Assembly (NCBI RefSeq): GCF_000013905.1
Contig: NC_007969.1
Span: 2,220,001 to 2,252,000 of the forward strand
From: Psychrobacter cryohalolentis K5
Lineage (GTDB): Bacteria; Pseudomonadota; Gammaproteobacteria; Pseudomonadales; Moraxellaceae
DNA length: 32,000 nt
Reading direction: 5' to 3'
Shown here: positions 8,103 to 16,059 of the stretch, one piece after another
Layout of the letters: every line of letters begins with the position of its first letter
Numbering within the stretch: position 1 is the first letter of the stretch
The notes under the pieces: generated by a model
Database searches by the model: none
What the model was told of the DNA's origin: nothing
Seen by the model: the letters and a program-made list of their open reading frames with translations, nothing else
Made by a program: the position numbers and the translations under genes

Positions 8103-8834
8103 CTAAGCATCAAGCCAATGCTGTTGTCTGGCATAAAAAAGCTGTTTGGGCGTATCGATATCATAGCTAAGTTGATGGTTTATGACCGTACTTAACTGAT
8201 TGGGCGGTAAGGCTCTAATCAAATAGCGCAGACCTTTATCCCCTCTCAGTGCTGGTTGCCATTGTTTGAGACGCTCAACATTAATAACTATCGGAAGACC
8301 GATGATATTATTCTTACCTGTATCAGTAGAATACGCTTTATCTAGATATTGATAACTACTAGCGACCACTGTACTTTTGAACGCTAATAATTCTTTCAAA
8401 TGCTCACTATCTAACAATACTTGATCGACCCCCATGATTAACACCCGATTAATCAATGAGATCTTCAAGTTAGTTAGAGCTTCAATACCAAGAGACAAGC
8501 TATGCGCCATACCCGTTTCAGGTATTAAATTAATCACGGTATAGATTATTGGATTTTGACGGACCAACCCATTAATCGCATCAGTGATTGCTGGTTGATC
8601 TTGAGGAAGGACAACAATAATGGCAAGAGGCTTTGTGGCTAATGCTATTTTAGTCATATAACAGATGAGAGGTTCGCCATGCTTGCTAAGCAGTTGCTTA
8701 GGTTGACCAAGACGCTCGCTCAGACCGCTTGCTAAAATAATAACAGTGTGGTTTTGTTTATTATTTTCTGTACTGCTGGGCAATGGCGTTTTCGTTGGTA
8801 AAATAGAATTATTAGTATCAACATCGCTAGTCAT
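8103..8834 (-). CDS. MobA-like NTP transferase domain protein, probable molybdenum cofactor cytidylyltransferase (MocA-like)
   Basis: VIILASGLSERLGQPKQLL is the MobA/MocA nucleotide-binding N-terminal motif (AGxSxRMGxxKxLL). The gene lies directly downstream of xdhC. The start is uncertain (ATG 8834 or 8846); either choice overlaps the xdhC stop at 8827-8829. Confidence 0.72.
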   Translation of the reverse strand: MTSDVDTNNSILPTKTPLPSSTENNKQNHTVIILASGLSERLGQPKQLLSKHGEPLICYMTKIALATKPLAIIVVLPQDQPAITDAINGLVRQNPIIYTVINLIPETGMAHSLSLGIEALTNLKISLINRVLIMGVDQVLLDSEHLKELLAFKSTVVASSYQYLDKAYSTDTGKNNIIGLPIVINVERLKQWQPALRGDKGLRYLIRALPPNQLSTVINHQLSYDIDTPKQLFYARQQHWLDA

Positions 8835-10176
8835 GGGCGTAATCATTTTTATAGGTATTGAAGCCTGATTGCTTTGAGGTTTGAATAGTATATTGACTAT
8901 TTGGCAGTAAGGTTTGTGGCGCGTGCCCATGAATCACGGCGCTCATTTGTGCCATGATACTGAGTGCCAATGCTTCAGGTCCATCCCCACCCAACTTATA
9001 ACCGATAGGATAATGCAGTTTACAAATACCATCAGCTAAAATATGTGGGTTAGCACTTGTCTCACTAATTTCTTTGATCAAACGCTCAGTACGATAGCGA
9101 GGTCCCAGTTGTCCAAGATAACGATATTGAGCAGAATGCTCTAGTAGTACGGCTAGTCGGGCGCGGTCTTGGGCCAGACTATGAGACATCACAGCAACGG
9201 CGGCGCCAGCACTGAGATTGAGCAATGTTTCACTATCATCCAAAGCCACGCACAGTACTGAGTCTGCTTGGCTAAAGCGCAGACGTGTCGCATATTGTGG
9301 ACGACTGTCTATGACGGTGACATGCCAATCTTGTAGCTTTGCCATTGTCACCAGCGGTAGAACATCGTTACCTGCCCCGCAAATCAGTAATCGGTTTTGT
9401 GGGTAAATCCGCTGCAATAACCACTCACTCTCATGCTTCCGATCACATGTAGCTTGTAGCTCTAGATCGCTCGTTAACTTAATGTATTCAGCATTTTTTT
9501 TATGAAACTTATGGTTTGATAGTTTTTGAATGGTATTTAACAACATATCATCTATAAACGTATTCGAATCGCTTATCGTGTTGCGGTTCAAATATAAATC
9601 AGCCAGATTTCCCGTTTTTAAATACTGATTTAAATAAATACGGGTACCAACTTGCAGGTCAATCCCTTTATATTCGCTACTACCCGATCTAATAAGAGTG
9701 GCAATTGTTACTGGCTGTTGAGTATGGCGAACCTGACGGATGAGATCAAGTAACGATATCGCTGTCGATAAACGCTCAAATAAGACATGTATTCGTCCAT
9801 TACAACCCAAGCCAAAATTGAGCTCACCCTCTAAAAAATCGTCTTCAGACCTATCTTCATCTTTGACAGTAGTGCCTTCTTCTACAACAGTTGAATCAGG
9901 ATCGCCATTGTTATGATATCCAATATCATCCCCTGTTTGGTATATCTGGACGCTCGCGCTATAACGGGTCAGCCAAAACGCGCGTTTGATAATATGCGGC
10001 TCAAGGCAGCCGCCGCTAATCATCCCAACCGAACGTCCATCAGCGCAGATAAGCATCATCGCACCCGGTTGCCGATACGCCGAGCCTTCTGTACGAACTA
10101 CGGTAGCTAATACGGCATCGATGTTTTGTTGTATCGCTTGCTCAGCAAGGTCAAGGATATCAGCAGTTTGATTCAT
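8827..10176 (-). CDS. XdhC/CoxI family molybdoenzyme maturation factor
   Basis: The N-terminal LATVVRTEGSAYRQPGAMMLI...GMISGGCLE matches the XdhC_CoxI domain. The C-terminal RLLICGAGNDVLPLVTMAKLQDWHVTVIDSRP matches the XdhC Rossmann domain. A long acidic/low-complexity insert separates them. Confidence 0.85.
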   Translation of the reverse strand: MNQTADILDLAEQAIQQNIDAVLATVVRTEGSAYRQPGAMMLICADGRSVGMISGGCLEPHIIKRAFWLTRYSASVQIYQTGDDIGYHNNGDPDSTVVEEGTTVKDEDRSEDDFLEGELNFGLGCNGRIHVLFERLSTAISLLDLIRQVRHTQQPVTIATLIRSGSSEYKGIDLQVGTRIYLNQYLKTGNLADLYLNRNTISDSNTFIDDMLLNTIQKLSNHKFHKKNAEYIKLTSDLELQATCDRKHESEWLLQRIYPQNRLLICGAGNDVLPLVTMAKLQDWHVTVIDSRPQYATRLRFSQADSVLCVALDDSETLLNLSAGAAVAVMSHSLAQDRARLAVLLEHSAQYRYLGQLGPRYRTERLIKEISETSANPHILADGICKLHYPIGYKLGGDGPEALALSIMAQMSAVIHGHAPQTLLPNSQYTIQTSKQSGFNTYKNDYAHD

Positions 10177-10218
10177 AACGTTCCTTATAGACTTATCAAT
10201 AAGCTTAGAGAATAAGCT

Positions 10219-10249
10219 AAAAAAACCCGCTGTTTAATCGGGTTTTTTT
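10219..10249. terminator. Symmetric hairpin flanked by an A-tract and a T-tract (bidirectional intrinsic-terminator-like)
   Basis: The sequence is aaaaaaacccg-ctgtttaat-cgggttttttt. On the minus strand it lies 25 nt after the stop of the Moco subunit gene and upstream of xdhC. The GC core is only 4 bp, so it may be leaky. Confidence 0.55.
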
Positions 10250-10273
10250 AAGCAAAACAGTATTTGATAAGAA

Positions 10274-12727
10274 TCAATCTGGCAGTTGGTCAATAAGCTT
10301 ATCTAGAGTAATGGGGAAATCTCGAACCCGGATACCGACCGCATTATAGATAGCATTTGCAATCGCTGCTGCAGCGCCTGAAATCGCCGTTTCACCAATG
10401 CCTTTGATATGCATTGGATTGGTATAACGGTCGTCTTCTTCTAGCAAAATAACATCCAATTGTGGTACATCAGCATTCACAGGAATATGGTATTCAGAGA
10501 GGTCATGATTACACAAGCGCCCGTCATGCTTATCATGGATAACTTCTTCCATTAACGCCGAACCTATGCCAAAAACCATACCACCATAGCACTGTGAAGT
10601 AGCAGTTTTGTGATTGAGGATACGCCCTGCGGCGAACACACCTGTCATACGCTTGACTCGAATCTCACCAGTTACTCGGTGCACAGCGACTTCCGCAAAA
10701 TTGGCACCGAATGAAGATTGGCGATGGGTTTTTTCATTTTTACCCGGTTTAATCTTGCCTTTAGCACTTAACTTTTGGTCGTCATATTGCGCGATAATAT
10801 CGGCTAGTGAATAACTATTATGGCCACTAAAATCATACCTGCTTTGTTTAGCCTCCTGCTTCTCCGGCAAGCGTTCCAATACAGATTCAGGGAGAGGCAC
10901 GCTCGTTTTTTCTGCTAACTTCTCTACAAGTTCAGTGGTGACATCCTTACCAGATTCAATGATAGTCTCTGTTGCTGTAACTTCATGCTCTCCTATTTCA
11001 CTGATCTGACCGTCATTTAGCTGGATGGTGTCGGAATATAGTCCGACTTTGTCTGCCAGCATTTCACGCAATTGCTGACACGCCAGATAAATACTGCTAC
11101 CTGAGCTTGCCGCACCCATGCTACCGCCTGAACCAACGGCTGGCGGCATACTGGTATCGCCAAGTTTCATCTCAATATGGTCAACCGGTAGACCAAGTAG
11201 GTCAGCAGCAATTTGGGTAAATACGGTATAGGAGCCCGTACCAATATCGGTCATATCCGTTTCAATAATGGCTTTGATCCCAAGATTTTTTGAGTCATCG
11301 ATTTGTAGGGTTGCTCTTGCTTCAGAAAGCTTTAACTGATTACCACGGGCAGCGGCAGCCATACCGATACCCAACCACCAGTCTCCTTCTAAGCGCTTGG
11401 CGGGTATTTTATTGCGTTTCTCCCAACCAAACTGCTCAGCCCCTTTTTCCATACAGGCGATCAGCTGTCGAGTTGAAAAAGGTATTTCTTTACTAGGATC
11501 CTGATGAGGCTCATTACGGCGGCGTAGCTCTATAGGATCCATATCTAATTGAATGGCCAACTCGTCCATTGCACATTCAACAGCAATTAACCCCACTGCT
11601 TCCCCAGGAGCGCGCATTGAACCTGATAATACTTTATTGACATCAACCATCTGATATTCGACCTGACGATTTTCACCGCGGTATAGATAGTGAGTAGACA
11701 GCGCTGCAGGCTCAAAGAAGCTCTCGCCGGGTAAATTGCTAGTGATGGTATTATGGATAAAAGTATTAATAATACCGTTCTTATTACAGCCGATGCCAAT
11801 CCGTTGACGCGTATCTGAGCGCCTTATAGTGGTTTCCATGACTTGCGGGCGAGTCATCACAATCAATACCGGACGCTTAAGCTCTTTTGCAGAAATGGCT
11901 GCGGCAATCGATTCGGGTGCAATGCCAAGTTTACTGCCAAAACCGCCACCAACGTAATGAGCAATCAGTTGTACATTATCTGGATCCAAATTTAAGGCAT
12001 CCGCCACTTGTTGTTTGCAAGATGACAACATCTGATTGGCCGTATACAATACTAACTTTTCATCCTCCCAATAAGCCAATGTAGCATGTGGCTCCATGGG
12101 CGAACTACTCTGGCTTGGCGTATGATAAATCTGATCAAACGAAACCTCAGACTCTTTAAGTGCTTGCTCTGGGTAGCCCTGCTTATAATTCTTGTCCGAA
12201 CCTTTGTTTTCATCAACCGAATGCGCATTTCCCAATGCTGAGCTGAAATCTATCACAGCATTTGCTGTTTCATCTTCATAAGTCACCTTGAGGGCTTTTG
12301 CGCCTTCAGTAGCCGCTTCAAAGGTTTCAGCGATTACGGCAGCTATGGGCTGACCATGGTAAAAAATTTCAGCGACGCCTTGAGTGGGTGCTTTTTTCTC
12401 TCCGCCTTGCTGAGCATTACGCAAAAAATGCTCGGGATCAGTAACCACTTTAATAATACCTGGAATCGCCTCTACTGCATGGCTATCGATGTGCTTCACC
12501 TTGCCTTTAGCAATGGTCGCACCCACTAAGACGCCATACACCTGCCCTTCAACATAAAATTCTGCGCTATAAGTCGCTTGTCCACTGACTTTCAAGGAAC
12601 CGTCTACACGGTTGATAGGTTTACCAACCAATTGACTGGCAGTTTTATCAAAAAGAGTATCAACTGGGTTATCCATGGTCAGTTTTTTTGTGGGTTCTGA
12701 TGGCAGTACTGCGTCCAATAGTGACAT
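10274..12727 (-). CDS. Xanthine dehydrogenase family molybdopterin-binding large subunit (PaoC/YagR-like aldehyde oxidoreductase)
   Basis: 817 aa. Typical Ald_Xan_dh blocks are present: GQATYSAEF, HYVGGGFGSK, SGSMRAPGE, and GIGETAISGAAAAIANAIYNAVGIRVRDFPIT at the C-terminus. Confidence 0.92.
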   Translation of the reverse strand: MSLLDAVLPSEPTKKLTMDNPVDTLFDKTASQLVGKPINRVDGSLKVSGQATYSAEFYVEGQVYGVLVGATIAKGKVKHIDSHAVEAIPGIIKVVTDPEHFLRNAQQGGEKKAPTQGVAEIFYHGQPIAAVIAETFEAATEGAKALKVTYEDETANAVIDFSSALGNAHSVDENKGSDKNYKQGYPEQALKESEVSFDQIYHTPSQSSSPMEPHATLAYWEDEKLVLYTANQMLSSCKQQVADALNLDPDNVQLIAHYVGGGFGSKLGIAPESIAAAISAKELKRPVLIVMTRPQVMETTIRRSDTRQRIGIGCNKNGIINTFIHNTITSNLPGESFFEPAALSTHYLYRGENRQVEYQMVDVNKVLSGSMRAPGEAVGLIAVECAMDELAIQLDMDPIELRRRNEPHQDPSKEIPFSTRQLIACMEKGAEQFGWEKRNKIPAKRLEGDWWLGIGMAAAARGNQLKLSEARATLQIDDSKNLGIKAIIETDMTDIGTGSYTVFTQIAADLLGLPVDHIEMKLGDTSMPPAVGSGGSMGAASSGSSIYLACQQLREMLADKVGLYSDTIQLNDGQISEIGEHEVTATETIIESGKDVTTELVEKLAEKTSVPLPESVLERLPEKQEAKQSRYDFSGHNSYSLADIIAQYDDQKLSAKGKIKPGKNEKTHRQSSFGANFAEVAVHRVTGEIRVKRMTGVFAAGRILNHKTATSQCYGGMVFGIGSALMEEVIHDKHDGRLCNHDLSEYHIPVNADVPQLDVILLEEDDRYTNPMHIKGIGETAISGAAAAIANAIYNAVGIRVRDFPITLDKLIDQLPD

Positions 12728-12729
12728 GA

Positions 12730-13722
12730 TTATGCTCCCTTACCCGTTAGTGCGCGCTCAATAACTTGCTTTAACAAGCGACTCGTCAGCGGTATCTTAA
12801 AATCGTTCTGACCACTACCCTTGGCATCTTTTAATAGCAAATCTGCCGCTTGCGAAATAATGTTGACGTTACCGTCTGTACCTATGAGTAATGCTTCAAC
12901 CGCTTCATTACGCCAAGGCTTAGTGCCAATACCACCAAATGCCAAACGTACCGTTTCTAATTTTCCTTGATTATTGACGTTTATTACGGCCGCACATGAC
13001 ACTAAAGCAAAGGCGTAAGAGGCGCGATCACGAACTTTGTCATAAGTGTGCATGCCTTTCACTGGAGCTGGGAGAACAATATGAGTAATCAGCTCCCCTG
13101 TCTCTAAGACAGTTTCGATATTTGGCGTGTCTTTTGGCAAGCAATAGAAGTCTTTAATCGGAATCTGGCGCGAGGTGCCGTCTGCTTTGAGCGTCTCAAT
13201 AGTGGCATCGAGTAAGCGCATCGCTACCGCCATATCTGATGGGTGCTGAGCAATACAATCATCACTCGTTCCTAAGACAGCAAGCGGACGATTTTCACCT
13301 TTAATAGCGGGACAACCAGAACCAGGATTGCGTTTATTACAAGGACTATCGGGCTGATAAAAGTAGTAACAACGGGTGCGTTGTAATAGATTGCCGCCTG
13401 TGGTCGCTTTATTACGCAATTGTCCTGAAGCCCCTGCTAGCATCGCCCGAGCTAATACAGGGTAGCCTGCCGTAACCGCTGGGTGCGCAGCCAAATCACT
13501 GTTCGTCACCAGCGTGCCGATGCGTAACCCACCATCAGCAGTAGCCTCTATTTGTTGCAGCTCTAAGCGCGTAATATCAACCAATTTTTGAGGAGTCTCA
13601 ATCTCAATCTTCATTAAATCTAGTAAATTGGTGCCACCGGCAATAAAAGATGCATCCTCAGGCGTGGCAAACATCACGGCTTGTTGCGGTTCGAGGACAC
13701 GAATATATTCAAAGCGTTTCAT
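12730..13722 (-). CDS. Xanthine dehydrogenase family FAD-binding subunit (PaoB/CoxM-like)
   Basis: MKRFEYIRV...FIAGGTNLLDLMK is the FAD_binding_5 N-terminus, and a CO-dehydrogenase flavoprotein C-terminal-like region follows. There is an ATGA overlap with the upstream 2Fe-2S gene (13719-13722). Confidence 0.9.
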   Translation of the reverse strand: MKRFEYIRVLEPQQAVMFATPEDASFIAGGTNLLDLMKIEIETPQKLVDITRLELQQIEATADGGLRIGTLVTNSDLAAHPAVTAGYPVLARAMLAGASGQLRNKATTGGNLLQRTRCYYFYQPDSPCNKRNPGSGCPAIKGENRPLAVLGTSDDCIAQHPSDMAVAMRLLDATIETLKADGTSRQIPIKDFYCLPKDTPNIETVLETGELITHIVLPAPVKGMHTYDKVRDRASYAFALVSCAAVINVNNQGKLETVRLAFGGIGTKPWRNEAVEALLIGTDGNVNIISQAADLLLKDAKGSGQNDFKIPLTSRLLKQVIERALTGKGA

Positions 13723-14402
13723 AAACGTTCTCCCTTAGCACTGGCAGCATTGGGAACATTAGCAGTTTGCTTTACCATTGAATGACCGCCAATTTGTGCC
13801 TCGCTAGGCGGCGGCGACCAAATACCACTAATAGCTACACTGGCTGGGCTATTATTAGGCGCATCGTCGGTCACTGAAGAAGAGTTTGATACTTGTTGAT
13901 TTTCGAGCACCTGTGAGATGGCTTTGATAATATTAGGATAGGCTGAACAGCGACAGATATTACCACTCATGCGCTCAGAAATTTCTTGTACTAGCAGTCC
14001 ATTAGGATTTTGCAGATCAGTAGTCACATGACTTGGCCACTGTTGTTTGATTTCCTCTATCAATGCCGTTGCAGAACAAATTTGTCCCGGCGTGCAATAG
14101 CCACATTGAAAGGCATCATGGTCTTTAAAGGCCTGTTGCAATTCTGATAGCGATTCAGGTAGTCCGATACCTTCAATGGTGGTAATCTCATCACCATCGT
14201 GCATGACCGCTAATGTCAAACAAGAATTGATTCGTCGACCATTAATAATCATAGTACAAGCGCCGCATTGCCCATGATCGCAGCCTTTTTTTGGTCCTGT
14301 GATATGTAGATGGTGACGACATACATCCAGCAATGTCGTTCGCGGGTCAAGATTATCAAACTCATAATCCTGCTGATTAATTGTTAACATTAAATTAGAC
14401 AT
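13719..14402 (-). CDS. (2Fe-2S)-binding small subunit of the molybdoenzyme (PaoA/CoxS-like)
   Basis: GCDHGQCGACTMIINGRRINSC and CGYCTPGQI...GNICRCSAYPNI are the two canonical [2Fe-2S] cysteine clusters. There is no twin-arginine leader. About 60 aa of S/N/P/A-rich C-terminal tail is present. Confidence 0.92.
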   Translation of the reverse strand: MSNLMLTINQQDYEFDNLDPRTTLLDVCRHHLHITGPKKGCDHGQCGACTMIINGRRINSCLTLAVMHDGDEITTIEGIGLPESLSELQQAFKDHDAFQCGYCTPGQICSATALIEEIKQQWPSHVTTDLQNPNGLLVQEISERMSGNICRCSAYPNIIKAISQVLENQQVSNSSSVTDDAPNNSPASVAISGIWSPPPSEAQIGGHSMVKQTANVPNAASAKGERL

Positions 14403-14526
14403 GCTGGCTTCTCGCTGGCAAAAGATAATAAAATATTAGATTAGGTCTTGTAACTAGTCTATAGATTAAATGTTAACTGTTAATGCTGTTGTATTTTTCG
14501 GAACCATGAGATTTTGGTGATTTGAA

Positions 14527-14730
14527 CTACGAACCCATAAAGCGCGCAGTTCGATTAATTTCCGACTGCGCTACTTGTTCAGATGATCCTTGCGCTACAA
14601 TTTTTCCACCTTCATCACCAGCGCCTAGACCGATATCAATAATCCAATCGCTACTTATGACAACCTGCATATCGTGCTCAACCATAATAACCGTATTGCC
14701 AGTGTCAACAAGAACCTTACAATCACTTGG
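14527..14730 (-). pseudogene. C-terminal relic (~67 codons) of a UvrA-family ABC ATPase
   Basis: My reverse-strand translation is PSDCKVLVDTGNTVIMVEHDMQVVISSDWIIDIGLGAGDEGGKIVAQGSSEQVAQSEINRTARFMGS*. It aligns with the extreme C-terminus of UvrA (...[38 protein letters not shown].VA....S.TARFL). In-frame stops lie immediately upstream, and no Walker A, signature or zinc-finger regions are present. Confidence 0.7.
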
Positions 14731-14964
14731 TTAGCTCTATCAGTACCAGTCAAAATACAAGAACGTCGTATCTCTAAAGAAGATTGGAGCAGTTAGTAAC
14801 AGTCGTAACCTTTCGTCAAGTTTCATAAAGCTACGCAACGTCATAATCCTTTATCATTTCCTTTGTCGACAGAGTAAGGCTTCATCAAGACATTTTGTTT
14901 GATGGTAAGTCTTGCTTCTCAATCAATAATTCATGTTTGAATACGAATTTGGAAGGAAATGATA

Positions 14965-15207
14965 ATGAAAAATACAATGATAAGCGCTATTGTAGCTGCT
15001 ACCGTTTGTTTTGCTATGATTGGTCAAGCAAGTGCTGCACCCGCGCCGCATGTTGCAAAACATCATGTTACCCATACAAAGCAACATAAAGCTCCTCAGA
15101 AAGTAATGGTTAAAAAAGTTGCACATAAGAAGGTTGCACATAGGAGAGTTGTGGCTCAACACCATAAACCTGCACCTAAAGTCGTATATGTTCAAAACCG
15201 TCGTTAA
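14965..15207 (+). CDS. Small secreted, highly basic His/Lys-rich protein (80-aa precursor)
   Basis: MKNTMISAIVAATVCFAMIGQASA|APAPHV... is a typical Sec signal with an AxA cleavage site. GGAAGGA lies 7 nt before ATG 14965. The ORF is followed by a strong terminator. The 56-aa mature part has 9 His, 10 Lys and 4 Arg, and no Asp or Glu. Confidence 0.6.
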   Translation: MKNTMISAIVAATVCFAMIGQASAAPAPHVAKHHVTHTKQHKAPQKVMVKKVAHKKVAHRRVVAQHHKPAPKVVYVQNRR

Positions 15208-15243
15208 TTAGCATACATTTAATGGTATTATCTGATGAAAAAT

Positions 15244-15269
15244 AGCTCCTAGTTAGGAGCTGTTTTTTA
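15244..15269. terminator. Rho-independent terminator, bidirectional
   Basis: The sequence is agctcct-agtt-aggagct, followed by gtttttt on the plus strand and preceded by aaaaat. It can therefore serve both the small secreted-protein gene (+) and the end of the BCCT operon (-). Confidence 0.8.
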
Positions 15270-15333
15270 TTGCGTTGCAGGTTGTAATTTCATCTATGGT
15301 CGTTTGAGCAGCAATGCATGCATGCTCTATAGG

Positions 15334-16059
15334 CTATATACCTCCTGCCCCTTTACTTGATGCCTCACTGTTTTCAACCAATATCGCTGCAGCGCTTTTT
15401 TTCAGAGTTGCCCACTGCCCATCATCAACATAAATACCTTCTTTCCATGCCCGCTGATGGGTTGCATACAGCTCATCTGTTGATACTTTACGATCAAAGT
15501 ACTGAATATCCTGTTCAATATCAAAGTTGGTTGTTGATAACTCAATGACCATGTCATTGGTATTGTAATTAGCCTGCGCTTCATTAAAAAAATACAGATC
15601 AGGATAGACAAATCTTCTATCTAAAGTAAATATCGTATGCTTGGGTGCGCTACCATTGTCCCACTTCGCCAAACAAGCAATGCCTTTTGCCGCCAGTTTT
15701 GCAAGCTCACTATAAGCCAGCCAGCGGTTATGACAATTCTGTAAATATACTTTAAAATGATTTCGACTGCCCATCTTTTCGATCACATAATCCATCACTG
15801 CCGGTAGATGACAGACCAGACTGCTCCCATGCAAATCTAATCTGACTTCACCCTCGCCTTGATAGATGATATCAATCGCAACATCACGTTCAGACAAAAT
15901 AAAAGGACTGGCATTATTAAAATGCAAAATACCGTTTAGACCTGCCATTTGCAGCTCAGCTACCATGGAAGCAATAAGGTCAGCTTCGCCTACTTCACGT
16001 TGCATACCCAGAAAAGCTTTATTCACCATGGTCACTATTTCGTTATGCGATACGATCAT
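15334..16059 (-). CDS. Uncharacterised protein, 241 aa (resembles DUF3726-type proteins from memory; unverified)
   Basis: The ATG at 16059 overlaps the stop of the upstream 576-aa gene by 17 nt. The N-terminal S.NEI....KA..G.....G.A......V..L...GL.G pattern and the C-terminal ...LVENSEASSKGAGG tail recall a conserved hypothetical family. I recognise no catalytic motif. Confidence 0.7.
   Translation of the reverse strand: MIVSHNEIVTMVNKAFLGMQREVGEADLIASMVAELQMAGLNGILHFNNASPFILSERDVAIDIIYQGEGEVRLDLHGSSLVCHLPAVMDYVIEKMGSRNHFKVYLQNCHNRWLAYSELAKLAAKGIACLAKWDNGSAPKHTIFTLDRRFVYPDLYFFNEAQANYNTNDMVIELSTTNFDIEQDIQYFDRKVSTDELYATHQRAWKEGIYVDDGQWATLKKSAAAILVENSEASSKGAGGI

Noticed and set aside
14403-14526. 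Similarity of tctatagattaaat (about 14456) to the LysR-box palindrome at 22831-22845
   Set aside because: Only an 11-nt match is shared, which is expected many times by chance in an AT-rich 32-kb window. The second half-site is missing.
14522-14734. 70-aa plus-strand ORF from the track (MNYEPIKRAVRLISDCATCSDDPC...)
   Set aside because: It is the antisense shadow of the UvrA-like C-terminal relic on the minus strand. It has no RBS, and its composition (S/P/C/T-rich) is that of a non-coding frame.
14735-14900. Possible upstream continuation of the UvrA relic (Walker B / LSGGE region)
   Set aside because: I translated all three minus-strand frames. Only a vague T.LY..D resemblance (TFLYFDWY*) appears, and every frame contains multiple stops. 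There is not enough to claim.
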